64,000 bases of DNA from Macrostomum lignano (lineage: Eukaryota): contig NIVC01003466.1 in NCBI GenBank assembly GCA_002269645.1, forward strand, positions 32,447-96,446. Reading direction: 5' to 3'. The position numbers were made by a program, and so were the translations under genes. The notes under the pieces were generated by a model that worked only from the letters and a program-made list of their open reading frames with translations, was not told the origin of the DNA and made no database searches. Positions 12,547 to 25,319 of the stretch are shown here, in pieces (within the stretch, counting starts at the first letter, position 1; every line of letters begins with the position of its first letter).

Positions 12547-12696
12547 GCAAGATTCTGGACGGCAACGATCGAGCTGCCACCACGCTGGCCAATTTGGTTC
12601 ACGAAGACGTTACTGTGCCGCGGCCGCCCGAACTGGAGAAACTGGAGTCCCTGGAGCTCGACAAAAAGGAGATCGGAATCTGGATTGATCCAATTG
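12547..12696 (+). CDS. INPP1: INPP1 coding exon 3
   Basis: cctcag|CKILDGNDRAATTLANLVHEDV...IGIWIDPI|gtgagg; first half of the DPIDGT metal-binding motif; phase 1 to 1. Confidence 0.93.
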
Positions 12697-12729
12697 GTGA
12701 GGACGCGAAGCGGAGGGTGGGGCTTCGAA

Positions 12730-13085
12730 TTTAGGGTGTGTGGGATTGAGGGGTGGGATTGGGGGTGGGATTGATGGGTGTGATTGAAGGGTGGCATTGA
12801 AGGGTGGGATTGAAAGGTGGGATTGAGAGGGTGAGATTGAGAGGGTGGGATCGGAATCTGGATTGATCCCATTGGTGGGGACGCGAAGCGGAGGGTGGGG
12901 CTTCTGCCAGAGCGTGGGATTGAGGGTGTGTGGGATTGAGAGGGTGGGATTGAGAGGGTGGGATTGAGGGGGTGGGATTGAGGGGTGGGATTGAGGGGGT
13001 GGGATTGAGGGGTGGGATTGAGGGGGTGGGATTGAGGGGTTAGGAGTGAGGGTGTGGGATTGATTGGGTAAGATTGAAGGGTGGG
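12730..13085. repeat. G-rich 13-15 bp repeat (gggattgaggggt)
   Basis: Tandem copies. Confidence 0.9.
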
Positions 13086-13162
13086 TCTAACTAACCAAGA
13101 ATAGGAAGACACCGGAAGAGAAAGCTCAAGACAGAATCAAGATTTCCACATCAAACCCTCAG

Positions 13163-13340
13163 ACGGCACCGCTGAGTACATCTCGGGCAGCCGGGACCCG
13201 GAATTCCGGCCTGGCGAGAACATCAGCCAGAACGGCCTGCCAAACGTGACGGTGCTGATCGGGGTGTACGAAAGGTCCACCGGCCTGCCAATCATTGGCG
13301 TCATCAACCAGCCGTTCTTCAAGACCGAGGATGGCAAGAT
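13163..13340 (+). CDS. INPP1: INPP1 coding exon 4
   Basis: cctcag|DGTAEYISG...VTVLIGVYERSTGLPIIGVINQPFF...|gtgagg; phase 1 to 2. Confidence 0.93.
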
Positions 13341-13929
13341 GTGAGGACTGGCCTTTGTCGGCGCCCTATCACTGGAGTAATGGCGCTATAACTGTGGCGC
13401 CCTATATTGACGCACTAGCTGTGGCGCCATAGTGATACAAAAATTCTGGCAGCCATTAGCCAACATATTTTCAATTAAAAAGATTGTGAGCTCACGCAAA
13501 TTATTCAGCAAAGCAAAAGAATTCTTACAAAGCGGAGTAATGTATGTTAGCTGAATTCTAAGCAAGGAAGAGAGGAGAAGTTAATCCGCCCACAGAGGGA
13601 GTTCCTCAATCATTTCTGTCGCAGGGGCGGGGATTTAATGAAAGATGTTCTCGCGTGCCGCGTCCCCCTGTCTCCCTATCTTCAGCTCGTGTCCGCAACG
13701 AATCTCGGCAGTTATTGAGCCAAGGCAGCGCTGGCAGAATTAAAACGCACAGCTGAGTCAGTTGCTAGGGGGGGGGTGTGATAGAGTTGAGCCCACAGAA
13801 ATTAATCCATCGATTTTTCTGAGGCTCGAGTCCGGGAGCCGGGGGTAGAGCGGTTTTTCGATGGGCATTTGGGATTTTTTCGTCACACTTGCAATCGGTG
13901 TATCGCCGCAAAACCATTATAAAAACCTC

Positions 13930-14508
13930 ACTGAACTACCCTGAGAATCGCCCCTGAACTACGCTGAGAATCGCCCCTGAACTACCCTGAGAATCGCCAC
14001 TGAACCACCCTAAAAATCGCCACTGAACCACCCTGAGAATCGCCCCTGAGCTACCTTGAGAACGCCCTTAAATACCCTAAGAATCGCCCCTGAACTACCC
14101 TAAGAATCGCCACTGAACTACCCTGAGAATCGCCCCTGAACTACCTTGAGAACGCCCTTAAATACCCTAAGAATCGCCCCTGAACTACCCTAAGAATCGC
14201 CGCTGAACTACCTTGAGAATCGCCCCTGAACTACCTTGAGAATCGCCCCTGAACCACCCTAAGAATCGCCACTGAACCACCCTAAGAATCGCCACTGAAC
14301 CACCCTAAGAATCGCCACTGAACCACCCTAAGAATCGCCACTGAACCACCCTAAGAATCGCCACTGAACCACCCAAAGAATCGCCACTGAACTACCCTGA
14401 GAATCGCCACTGAACCACCCTGAGAGTCGCCACTGAACCACCCTAAAAATCGCCACTGAACCACCTCAAGAATCGCCACTGAACCACCCTAAGAATCGCC
14501 ACTGAATC
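13930..14508. repeat. 23-bp minisatellite (cctaagaatcgccactgaaccac)
   Basis: Tandem copies. Confidence 0.94.
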
Positions 14509-14668
14509 GCTTTGTAAATCTCAGAAAACCAGGTGCGATTGTCAGATGTTTTTAGCAGATTCTCATCTAGTTCAAGAGCGATTCCCATGACGCTTCAGAG
14601 GCAAGAGGCATGAGGTATTCGCTGTCTCATACCCCATTCTCATACCGCCTCCCGTCTCCCCCCACCAG

Positions 14669-15194
14669 CTGGAGCGGCCGCATGGTGTGGGGCGCCTGCA
14701 TCGGCGACGCCCGCGTCACCAGCGTGCCGCACGGGCGCGACCAGCCGCCAGTGGGCGAAGCCGAGAAGCCCGCCGTGGTGACGTCAATGTCCGACTGCAA
14801 GAAGCTGGGCACCTACCTGTGCGAGAACTTCGACATTCTCACCGCCCCTGGCGCCGGCTACAAGCTGCTGTGCGTCATCGATCGGCTGTGCTCAGCCTAC
14901 GTGCTGTCCAAGGACAACACCTACAGGTGGGACACCTGCGCTCCTCACGCAATCCTGCGATCCCAGGGCGGCGGAGTTGTCAAGCACCAGTCGGCGCTGA
15001 CTGCCGACCTGTCCGGAGGTGGCGGCAGCGGCGGTGGCGCTTGCGACAAAGCCCTGCGCGACCTGCAGCTGACCTACCACAAGGCCGAGCCGAAGGCCTC
15101 CGGCTCCAATGCCTGGTGCAACATGCAGGGCGTCATCGCCTACTCGGACCCGGAGGTGCTGCAGCGCCTGGTGGCCAGCCTGACCAAGAAGTGA
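14669..15194 (+). CDS. INPP1: INPP1 coding exon 5 (terminal)
   Basis: ccaccag|WSGRMVWG...GAGYKLLCV...YRWDTCAPHAILRSQGG...stop TGA; GAGYK and WD motifs. Confidence 0.94.
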
Positions 15195-15292
15195 GACCGA
15201 ACAGAATTTTCCGAGGCGGCTTAACGATGCACTATCTTAGGCCCAAGGCTCAATTTCGCTTAAATACGCATTGGCGAGATATAGGAAAGGGT

Positions 15293-15650
15293 AGGTGCCG
15301 TAGCCCAGTGGTCAAGCGCGGCGCTCTGATGTGCCAGCGGTCCAGGTTCGATTCCAAGTGCAGTCACATTAATTTTGGGGCTAAATTGGAATCTCGGGTT
15401 GGCTCTGCTCGTGCAATTAACGACCTTGAGAGCCAACCCCCCAATGCACAGTGAAGTGTACATGCCTAACGATAAATATAGATAGGGCCGCTGTACACTC
15501 CTGTGTGAGTGTGTGCCTGTGCGTATGACTGCGTACGTATCCGCGCGCTTGTGTGCCTGCTCAGGGGAGTCGGCGGAATGGGCAGTAATGCGTCTCGCCG
15601 GCTGTGTGACAATGTCGGTTAAAGTGCGCCAGGGTGCACACAGCCACTGG
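15293..15650 (+). mobile_element. SINE family A, near full length, about 100 nt after the INPP1 stop
   Basis: A box TAGCCCAGTGG, B box GGTTCGATTCC, shared body and 3' part. Confidence 0.8.
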
Positions 15651-16684
15651 TGCTTCGCTTCCATTTAGGCACTGAGTTGACACCCCAATTTCAGTTTTTT
15701 AGCACTAAATTGTCAGCATCTCACCTTCAGAGCTGTCAATATGCATATAAAGCTAGGGATTGAGGTAAATTTGCTTCAAATTCGCGCATTTGCCAGTGTG
15801 CAGTAGCATTTTCCCCGGAGCTATAAGTCTAGAAACTGATGAAGCCACCTCAGACACACGCCAGCTCCTCAATAAGAGGAAGGTAAAGCATCATCCATTA
15901 GCTGCTAAAAATTACAATTCCCATCTTTGCCAATGTATTTTTAAGCGAAATTCAGCCCTCAAAAAAGTCATCCGTTCAACGCTTGGGTGTTGCAATTTTC
16001 TAGACAAGAGCTGAATTAAACATCGCTTTGTATTGTTAAAAATTATTGCAGTAATGAGCGTACTACTACTAGTAAGATAATAATTTTTTAGCCTTCTCGT
16101 TCTTTGGAAGTGCAAATGTTTTGTAAAATCTGTTTTAAAGAATATCAGAATATGTACCTGGTTTATGGTCCTGGTTTAAGAGTATAATATATCTATAAAT
16201 ACAATTAACAAAAGAGTCAATGCAGGTAACATTCCCACCCTGACAATTAATTGATAAAATTAAATTAAATCAGTGTTGTGAATTACTACAATTATTAAAA
16301 TCGATTCAAACAATAATCTAGCCCTATTATACACTACTATGCATATGAGTAGCATATAAGTAGTAGTTAACTTTTTTTTGTTTAAAGAAACGCACCGACA
16401 GTTAAAAGAAAAGCCATTGCGCGCACGCTTATTACTGGCCATTGTGTGTTCTTTCTGCTTTTTGTTTCTATAGACTTTTGATCCAGCCCTAAATTCTCAG
16501 CAGTTTCACTGTCTATTATATTTACTGGATTATAAAGCATAAATAAAACACCTGTTGTGCGACTCTTCTTGCGCCAGTCAATAACTATTTCTGTTGTGTT
16601 TAAAATGCGTTTATTATCTGTCTATGCGCTTCATTTCATTTATCCCTAAGAGATACTGAGGCTCTTTTTTGTAAGTTGAGAGCT

Positions 16685-17205
16685 GCCACCTCAATACCTG
16701 ATCCTAACACCTCACTACCTGATCCTAACACCTCACCACCTGATCCTAACACCTCAATACCTGATCCTAACACCTCAATACCTGATCCTAACACCTCAAT
16801 ACCTGATCCTAACACCTCAATACCTGATCCTAACACCTCAATACCTGATCCTGACATCTCAGTACCTGATCCTAACACCTCAATACCTGATCCTAACACC
16901 TCAATACCTGATCCTAACACCTCAATACCTGATCCTAACACCTCAATACCTGATCCTGACATCTCAGTACCTGATCCTAACACCTCAATACCTGATCCTA
17001 ACACCTCAATACCTGATCCTAACACCTCAATACCTGATCCTAACACCTCAATACCTGATCCTAACACCTTACTACCTGATCCGGACACATCGCACCACCT
17101 GATCCTGACAACCTCACCACCTGATCCTGACACCTCACTACCTGATCCTGACACCCCAATACCTGATCCTGACACCCCAATACCTGATCCTGACACCTCA
17201 CTACC
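16685..17205. repeat. 21-bp minisatellite (cctgatcctaacacctcaata)
   Basis: Tandem copies. Confidence 0.95.
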
Positions 17206-17989
17206 TGAGTCACCCGGATCCACCAACTTCATAATTCCTAAAGCATAAGAAATAAAATATAGCTGGCACACAGGGTGCTCGTCACAGTTTAATCCGGACT
17301 TATCAACCCTTGGAATTTGCTAAAAATTACACAATTGCCTTGATATATTTTGTAGAAAAAAAGACAATTTCTTTACAAATTGAGAATCAATGCATTGCGA
17401 TCAACCAATCAATATTGCAGGTAATTCAGCAAAAACAGTGTAAAATCAACAATTATTATATACAACAGCTGATTAAAGGTGCCATCAGTATGTACATATG
17501 AGAAATGATGACATAAAAGCATAGTGCAGTTTTGCGACTTTTCTAGGTTAAGCGGTTTAAAACACAAATTAACAGATTAGAAAACAAACTGCACTGATAG
17601 ATTTCTAAAACATTTATAAATAAACAGCTGCAAAATCTGCTCATTGCAAAAAGACTCATCAAGACTAGCTCATTGTAACAATAGGGAAAAATAATGAGTA
17701 ATATTACAGCTAATTTAAGCCAAGCTTAATGTACACTATTATCGTACGTAAATAAATTCACCTTCCATACAAGAGATGCATGCTTCGAGCATTAGAATAT
17801 TTTTTGTCTAAAAAAATTGAAAAAAAAACATTTAAAACGGCAAGCATAATTACGCGCACTGCATACTACTGTTATCGGCTGAATGCGTTTTTGGGAATTT
17901 TTTGTGCTAAAAAAATCTCACTTCAGCGGGTAGAAGGAGCAGTGAAGGATTTGCTTGTATACAGTCTGAGGCACATCGCACTAGTGTGA

Positions 17990-18657
17990 GATCACCAATG
18001 AGCTCTCAGCTACGATCATGAGATCCCAATGAGATCTCAGCTCCGATCATGAGATACCAATGAGATCTCAGCTCCGATCATGAGATACCAATGAGATCTC
18101 AGCTCCGATCATGAGATCCCTATGAGATCTCAGCTCCGATCATGAGATCCTAATGAGATCTCAGCTCCAACCATGAGTTCCCAATGAGATCTCAGCTCCG
18201 ATCATGAGATCCTAATGAGATCTCAGCTCCGATCATGAGATCTCAGCTCTAATTAGGAGATCCAAATGAGATCTCAGCTCCGATCATGAGATCCAAATGA
18301 GATCTCAGCTCCGATCATGAGATCCCAATGAGATCTCAGCTCCGATCATGAGATACCAAGCTCAGATGAGATTCCAAGCTCAGGTGAGATCTCAAAGATC
18401 AGATGAGGTCTCAAAGCTCAGATGAGGTCTCATAGCACAGATGAGGTCTCAAAGCACAGATGAGATCTCAAAGCTCAGATGAGGTTTTCAAGCTCAGGTG
18501 AGATCTCAAAGCTCAGATGAGGTCTTCAAGCTCAGGTGAGATCTCAAAGCTCAGATGAGGTCTTCAAGCTCAGGTGAGATCTCAAAGCTCAGATGAGGTC
18601 TTCAAGCTCAGGTGAGATCTCAAAGATCAGATGAGGTCTCAAAGCTCAGATGAGGTC
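17990..18657. repeat. Adjacent 31-bp and 19-20 bp arrays sharing the palindrome TGAGATCTCA
   Basis: Tandem copies. Confidence 0.93.
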
Positions 18658-19149
18658 CCACTCGTTAATCCGGTGATCAACTGGCGCATCATCGGCAAAG
18701 GCAGCCACAGCGGCCAGACTGTCGATGCTCGGCGGCCTCCAGCCGTCCAGCGAGGACAGAGCGGCAGAGTTACGCAGAGGCGGCTGCTGCGGGCGCGGGT
18801 TAGTGGCGTAGTCGTTCTCCACCGCGTGCTGCGTCGCCGCTGTCCCCGTCGCAGCGGCAGTCCCCGTTTGTCGTTCGTTGCTCGCCGACAAAGTCGGCGA
18901 CAAATTGTCCTGATTGCTACCGACGTCGGGTCGGTGACGCTTCAACAACGACGAACACGACGCTGCGTCGGTCAGTGGCCGCGGCGGCGGCGGCAGCGGC
19001 TGGCCGGGCGGCAGTTTCCGCCTCCGCCTGCTGCGCAGTCGCCGCCCGGCCAGGAAGCCGGCAGCGAAGCCGACGGCACCGAAGGTGGCCAGAACGGCGA
19101 CGAAAGCGCCGACGGGCACCCGGGCGGCGGCTGCGTTGTCGGACGAGGA

Positions 19150-19189
<40 letters not shown>

Positions 19190-19373
19190 GAGGCCGAGGC
19201 TGGGCTGGTGTCGTAAGGCTGCAGCCGGTGGCTTGGCGACTCTTCGACACCGTTTTCGATGGCGGCTTGGATCGCCGCATCATCGACTGCGTTGTTGGCT
19301 GGTGGCTGCGGCGGCGGCGGCGGCGGTGGCAACAGGCGCGATCTTTGCGGAGATCTAATCTCGGAATCGACAC
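18646..19373 (-). CDS. Semaphorin exon 8 (TM helix and cytoplasmic tail)
   Basis: catttcag|...VPVGAFVAVLATFGAVGFAAGFLAG-RRLRSRRRRK (TM plus basic stop-transfer); exon sum 2469 nt = 822 aa + stop. Confidence 0.82.
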
Positions 19374-19439
19374 CTGAAATGAGGGGTTTTGGAATTCAAA
19401 TTAAAAGTGTCTTCTTATCAGATTCTTCGAACTTTATTG

Positions 19440-19935
19440 AATAGGGATTTCTGGACTTTGTGAATGGGTATTTATCAGACTGGTGAATAGGGATTTCTCA
19501 GACTGGTGAATGGGGATTTCTCAGATTGGTGAATGGGGATTTATCAGATTGGTGAATAGGGATTTATCAGATTAGTAAATGGAGATTTATCAGATTGGTG
19601 AATGGGGATTTATCAGATTGGTGAATGGAGATTTATCAGATTGGTGAATGGAGATTTATCAGATTGGTGAATGGAGATTTATCAGATTGGTGAATGGAGA
19701 TTTATCAGATTGGTGAATAGGGATTTATCAGATTAGTAAATGGAGATTTATCAGATTGGTGAATGGGGATTTATCAGATTGGTGAATGGAGATTTATCAG
19801 ATTGGTGAATGGAGATTTATCAGATTGGTGAATGGAGATTTATCAGATTGGTGAATGGAGATTTATCAGATTGGTGAATAGGGATTTATCAGATTAGTAA
19901 ATGGAGATTTATCAGATTGGTGAATGGAGATTTTT
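19440..19935. repeat. 23-bp minisatellite (gatttatcagattggtgaatgga)
   Basis: Tandem copies. Confidence 0.95.
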
Positions 19936-20679
19936 CAGTACATTCCCCTTAGTGAATTGGGGATATACTGGTAGCTGAATATACATTATATATATTTCCA
20001 CAGATCAATAGCCCTCTAAAAGAGGGCTAAAAAGCTGTCTTTCAAGCAAAATTACAACCCAGCAATGTGTTGCCTCGAAAGCAGAGAAACCCGAAGCCAC
20101 TCTACTAGCAGGCAGGAAAATTGAGCCAGCAGGAGGGGCAGGAAATGCAAAAAAAGAAATAAAAACCACAAGGCATCGAGGATTAAGCAGAGCTGCTAGA
20201 TAGGACAGCTTGTATCTGTGCGAATTTCTAATTGTAGCCAAAAGCTGCAGTTCTGTTTATACAAACCCCAACAGCCCAGAATCTAAACGAAAACAGATTG
20301 AGAAAAATAAACCAGTGCAGAGCAGGCACACAGCAACTGGAATTTGCGTGTGAACATTGTGACCCTGTGCGGCAACCACCTTACTCCGATTGCGCGCCAA
20401 AAAACCTGGCCACGGAAAAACTAAAAGAGCAATAGGAAAAGGCAGTAACAGCAAAAGCAGAAGCAGTATTTCTCTTAACATCTGCTTATGGACTTTTGTA
20501 GCGCGATTAATTTCCTAATTTTCTAAGTCCATTTGAAAGGGGTTAATTTATGGACATATTGCTACTTGTACTAAGTGTTTGATTGAAAAAAATATTTACA
20601 TTTCCACTATCGGGTGCGGCTTTGATCCGCTTCACTTTTCTTAGTCACATCTCTGCACACCCGCATTCCACCTCTACCC

Positions 20680-21120
20680 GCTCCACTCTCTACTCTCCAT
20701 TGCACTCTCTATCCCTTATTCATCTCTATCCCTCATTGCACTCTCTACCCCCCGTTCCACTCTCTACCCCCGTTCCACTCTCTACCCCCCCCCATTCAAT
20801 TCTCTACCCCCCGTTCCACTCTCTACCCCCGTTCCACTCTCTACCCCCCATTTCACTCTCTACCCCCCGTTCCACTCCCTTACCCCCCGTTCCACTCTCT
20901 ACCCCCCCATTCCATTCTTTACCCCCCGTTCCACTCTCTACCCCCCATTCCATTCTTTACCCCCCGTTCCACTCTCTACCCCCCATTCCATTCTTTACCC
21001 CCCGTTCCACTCTCTACCCCCATTTCACTCTCTACCCCCGTTCCACTCTCTACCCCCGTTCCACTCTCTACCCCCATTTCACTCTCTACCCCCATTTCAC
21101 TCTCTACCCCCCGTTCCATT
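20680..21120. repeat. C-rich 18-19 bp repeat (ttccactctctacccccg)
   Basis: Tandem copies. Confidence 0.92.
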
Positions 21121-21129
21121 CTTTTCACA

Positions 21130-21300
21130 GCTATGAGGGCCAACCCCCAAGGCACCGAGAGTGTACATGTCTGATGATTAGAAAGTCGTACACCCTGAGT
21201 GAGCGTGTGTATGAATGCGTGCCTGCGTACAGCATTGGCGCTTGTATGTGCTCAGGAGTCAGCGGAGTGGGCAGAATTGTGTGGAACGATGCCGCCGAAG
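21130..21300 (+). mobile_element. SINE family A, 5' truncated
   Basis: ctatgagggccaacccccaaggcac...gtgtacat...cagcggagtgggcag. Confidence 0.75.
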
Positions 21301-21948
21301 GTATTTCAGCGTCTGTGTTTACTCAAACCCATAAAAAAGCGATAAACAAGCAAGAAACAGATCGTCTAAAGAGTTAAAGCATCCTAGAAAAACACTAGTT
21401 TAAAAGCAAAGGCGCCCCTGCACATTGTTGAATTTTTGAGGCTATTCTGGCCCAGAAAGCCGAAACAGGCGCAGAGTTGCTCGATTAGCAATTCCATTCC
21501 ATTAGCGAGAAAGAGTGGGCGGGCGGGGTGCGGAGAGTAGCGAAAGGAAGCAGCAAAGGAAATTCCAGGGCGACCAGCCTAATTACCAAAGCAGCGAAGA
21601 GATCATTGGAGGGGAGGGGGCCTTTGAAAAAAATGAGGAGAGAAAGCCACTGCGAGGAAAGCTGGACAGCTGCTCAGAGTGATGAAGCACGAATGCTGCT
21701 TGAGAATCTCAGAAGAACTGGTCTTCAGGCTCGCGTGCGTGGGAGAGGGAAGGAGAGCTGGACGGGAAATGGGCCAAGCTGATGCAGAGAACAGATGGCT
21801 TGAGGGGACGGCACGGGATGCTGCGCTGCGGTCGGCCTGAACACGGCACTGTTCAACTTTTTTAACCATGAAATTAGTATAATTACCCATGACGGGCAGG
21901 GTGTGAAAGTAAAAGATGAGAATGCGACAGAGTCTAAGAGCTTAGCCA

Positions 21949-21949
<1 letters not shown>

Positions 21950-22025
<76 letters not shown>

Positions 22026-22028
22026 CTA

Positions 22029-22105
<77 letters not shown>

Positions 22106-22124
22106 CTAAGACAGACAGACAGAC

Positions 22125-22161
<37 letters not shown>

Positions 22162-22164
22162 CTA

Positions 22165-22228
<64 letters not shown>

Positions 22229-22330
22229 TGACAGACAGACAGACAGACAGACAGACTGACTGACAGACAGACAGACAGACAGACAGGCAGGCAGGCAGGC
22301 AGGCAGACAGACAGGCAGGCAGACAGACAG
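21950..22330. repeat. (GACA)n microsatellite
   Basis: Tandem copies. Confidence 0.97.
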
Positions 22331-23039
22331 GCAGAGCTGCAAGTGACCTCACAAGAGGTCAGAATCAGCAAATGCAGGTCGGCCACAGACCCGCCCACTC
22401 AAGCGTCTTCAGGCCACCCGCAGCCCCTCAGTAAAAATGTAAAGCCGGAAATTTTGACACAAGCCATTTTTCCTTCGGACGTTAAGAATGAAAACAATGA
22501 GAACGGGAGTTCAACCCGGTGGGAGGGGGGGGGGTTCAATGGACAGTGCAGTACAATGCGCGTGAATATAGTTTCACACAATACATTACTGAAGCTTCAA
22601 CCCACAGGGAAGTTGCGTGTACAATCGGGCTTGCGGGAATTCAGGGTAGAGAAAAAGAGACTATAAGATCATAAATCACCTGCGCAAATCCTCCAAGAGA
22701 GTTGAGAGCCTCACCCAGCCCACTTCTCACACTCTGTGGCTCCAGTTTCTAACTGCATAGCGGCAGGAGTCACTGGGCCACACTGTGAGATGAGGGCGTG
22801 TGGCTTTGGGCATTGTGGAAGTTTTTATATAACTGGGGAATGAGAGAGCGGAATGAGCACGCGAGGGGAGACAGGGAGACAGACGTTACTTTTAATTGAA
22901 TTGTAGCTTTTAAAGGTCTGAGCCACACGCACTCTATGGTAGCTAGTGCAGACAATATCTAACAAAGCATTGCTTGCATGGAAGTACCGGTATTGCATGC
23001 AATGAGAGAGAAAGGGGGGTCCGGGAGTCCAGGGAACCG

Positions 23040-24058
23040 AGGAGAAAAGGGAAGGAGAGGGGAGAGGGAGAGAAAGAGGGAGAAGGGAGAAAAGGAAGAG
23101 GGAGAGAGAAAGGGGAGAGGGAGAGAAAGGGGAGAGGGAGAGAAAAGGGAGATAAAGGGGAGAGGGAGAGAAAGGGGAGAGGGAGATAAAGGGGAGAGGG
23201 AGAGAAAGGGGAGAGGGAGAGAAAGGGGAGAGGGAGAGAAAGGGGAGAGGGAGAGAAAGGGGAGAGGGAGAGAAAGGGGAGAGGGAGAGAAAGGGGAGAG
23301 GGAGAGAAAGGGGAGAGGGAGAGAAAGGGGAGAGGGAGAGAAAGGGGAGAGGGAGAGAAAGGGGAGAGGGAGAGAAAGGGGAGAGGGAGAGAAAGGGGAG
23401 AGGGAGAGAAAGGGGAGAGGGAGAGAAAGGGGAGAGGGAGAGAAAGGGGAGAGGGAGAGAAAGGGGAGAGGGAGAGAAAGGGGAGAGGGAGAGAAAGGGG
23501 AGAGGGAGAGAAAGGGGAGAGGGAGAGAAAGGGGAGAGGGAGAGAAAGGGGAGAGGGAGAGAAAGGGGAGAGGGAGAGAAAGGGGAAAGGGAGAGAAAGG
23601 GGAGAGGGAGAGAAAGGGGAGAGGGAGAGAAAGGGGAGAGGGAGAGAAAGGGGAGAGGGAGAGAAAGGGGAGAGGGAGAGAAAGGGGAGAGGGAGAGAGA
23701 AAGGGAGAGGGAGAGAAAAGGGAGAGGGAGAGAGGAAGGGAGAGGGAGAGAAAGAGGAGAGGGAGAGAAAGGCGGAGAGGGAGAGAAAGGGGAGAGGGAG
23801 AGAAAGGGGAGAGGGAGAGAAAGGGGAGAGGGAGAGAAAGGGGAGAGGGAGAGAAAGGGGAGAGGGAGAGAAAGGGGAGAGGGAGAGAAAGGGGAGAGGG
23901 AGAGAGAAAGGGAGAGGGAGAGAAAAGGGAGAGGGAGAGAGGAAGGGAGAGGGAGAGAAAGAGGAGAGGGAGAGAAAGGCGGAGAGGGAGAGAAAGGGGA
24001 GAGGGAGAGAAAGGGGAGAGGGAGAGAAAGGGGAGAGGGAAAGGGAGAGGGCGGAGGT
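23040..24058. repeat. Pure-purine 17-bp repeat (gggagagaaaggggaga)
   Basis: About 1 kb homopurine tract. Confidence 0.97.
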
Positions 24059-24116
24059 GAGGGGGGAGAATAGACAGTGGCCTGTTGCCATGAGGAGCCC
24101 GAGAGGGCAAACTCAC

Positions 24117-24181
24117 CAACGTGATCAACGATGACTGGGCAGTCGGCTGGCAGGTCATCAACGGAATCATTTTTCCCGGAC
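24117..24181 (-). CDS. Semaphorin exon 7 (65 nt linker)
   Basis: attccag|GSGKNDSVDDLPADCPVIVDHV|gtgagt; supplies the phase 2 to 1 bridge needed between exons 6 and 8. Confidence 0.75.
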
Positions 24182-24589
24182 CTGGAATTGGGGTAAAAAA
24201 GCAACAAATTGAAAGCAATTGTGAGCAATAATGCATCAGTTTTAACAGCGCTTCTACAGGGCGAGTGTCTCCAGAGACAGCGCGTTGATCTGCTACTAGA
24301 AGAGCTCTCAAAGAATTGGTTTTCCCCAAAACCCGATAATGTCCAGGGTTAAGCAACACCAGGAACTAAAAGCAAATGCATTTTTTGTTTGAATACAGTG
24401 TCAATCAAGAAAATTGAGGTAAAAATGGGAGAATTTTTTCTAGAGCCACGTCAATCAAGGGATTAGCCGGATCAGACAATACGCCACCAGCTGACTCACA
24501 TCGAGATAATGAAGTCTTAATTACTCGGATTGAAACCATGAATTACCTTTGAGATTCAATCTATGACCTCGGTCTGACTTAGCGACCAA

Positions 24590-24950
24590 GGACCACTAGG
24601 AATATGAATTCTCGGCCAGTTCTGCAATCCTAAGTGGTCCCTGGCCACTTCTACTATCATAGTGGTCCTCGGCCAGTTCACCTACATGTATTCTAGTGGT
24701 CCCTGGCAAAGTCTACTCTTCTAGTGGTCCTCGGTCAGTTCAGCTATCCTAGTGGTCCCTGGCCACTTCTAGTGGTCCTTGGCCAGTTCAGTTAGTGGTC
24801 CTGGGCAAATTCTACTATCATAGTGGTCCTCGGCCAGTTCAGCTATCCTAGTCACTATAGTCCTATCCTGGTCCTCAGCCACTTCTAGTGGTCCTTGGAC
24901 ACTTCTACTTTCCTAGTGGAGCTTGACCATTGGTTCTACTCCTAGCGGTC
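24590..24950. repeat. Degenerate array with core ctagtggtcct
   Basis: Imperfect tandem copies. Confidence 0.8.
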
Positions 24951-25013
24951 CTTGCTACCGACATGTATGGAAATTAGCATTTGATATTAGGCTTGGTGGT
25001 AAAATCAACTCAC

Positions 25014-25269
25014 CCAGTGATTGAGATCTCCGCGCACCGCATCCCGATGGGATCCCAGCGACATCCGGGATCCCTCCTGCAGACGGGGCAGTCGGTCCCT
25101 GCCTGTCGGCATCCGGGCGACAGCGGCGCAGAGGCTGCCCGATCGCCGGAGAAGACGAACAGCCGGCCGTCGCGAACCACAACTCGATCGACTGCGAAGT
25201 CGGGCAGAAGGTGCAGCGTCTCCAGAACGGAGCCGGTGTTGGCCAGGACTTTGAGCACTGCTCCGTTGT
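25014..25269 (-). CDS. Semaphorin exon 6 (end of Sema, PSI domain)
   Basis: ccccag|DNGAVLKV...CRQAGTDCPVCRRDPGCRWDPIGMRC|gtgagt; GTDxGxVLK and PSI CxxC..RDP.C.WD pattern; phase 1 to 2. Confidence 0.88.
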
Positions 25270-25319
25270 CTGGGGGATTGGGATTGGGAAATTAGCATTT
25301 GTAGAGGGATGTGACTGAT

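Noticed and set aside
15293-15360. tRNA genes here and at 32850-32905, 44510-44575, 49063-49125
   Set aside because: A and B boxes are present but there is no full cloverleaf, and each runs into a SINE body
15709-15882. Two short plus-strand segments with a 32-nt GT-AG gap
   Set aside because: The spliced frame stops after a few codons; no supportable gene
21161-21193. Hammerhead-like CTGATGA-tta-GAAA-gtc in a SINE copy
   Set aside because: No stem II or III; other copies read CTGACGA, CTGACGG or CTAACGA and fold as a simple hairpin
22825-24359. Long ORFs of 360-467 aa, and similar ORFs at 8514, 10279-10956, 16636, 20583, 31293, 36050-37134, 42826-43506, 54298, 57008
   Set aside because: They are translations of stop-free tandem repeats, open in several frames; only 24181-24117 is a real exon
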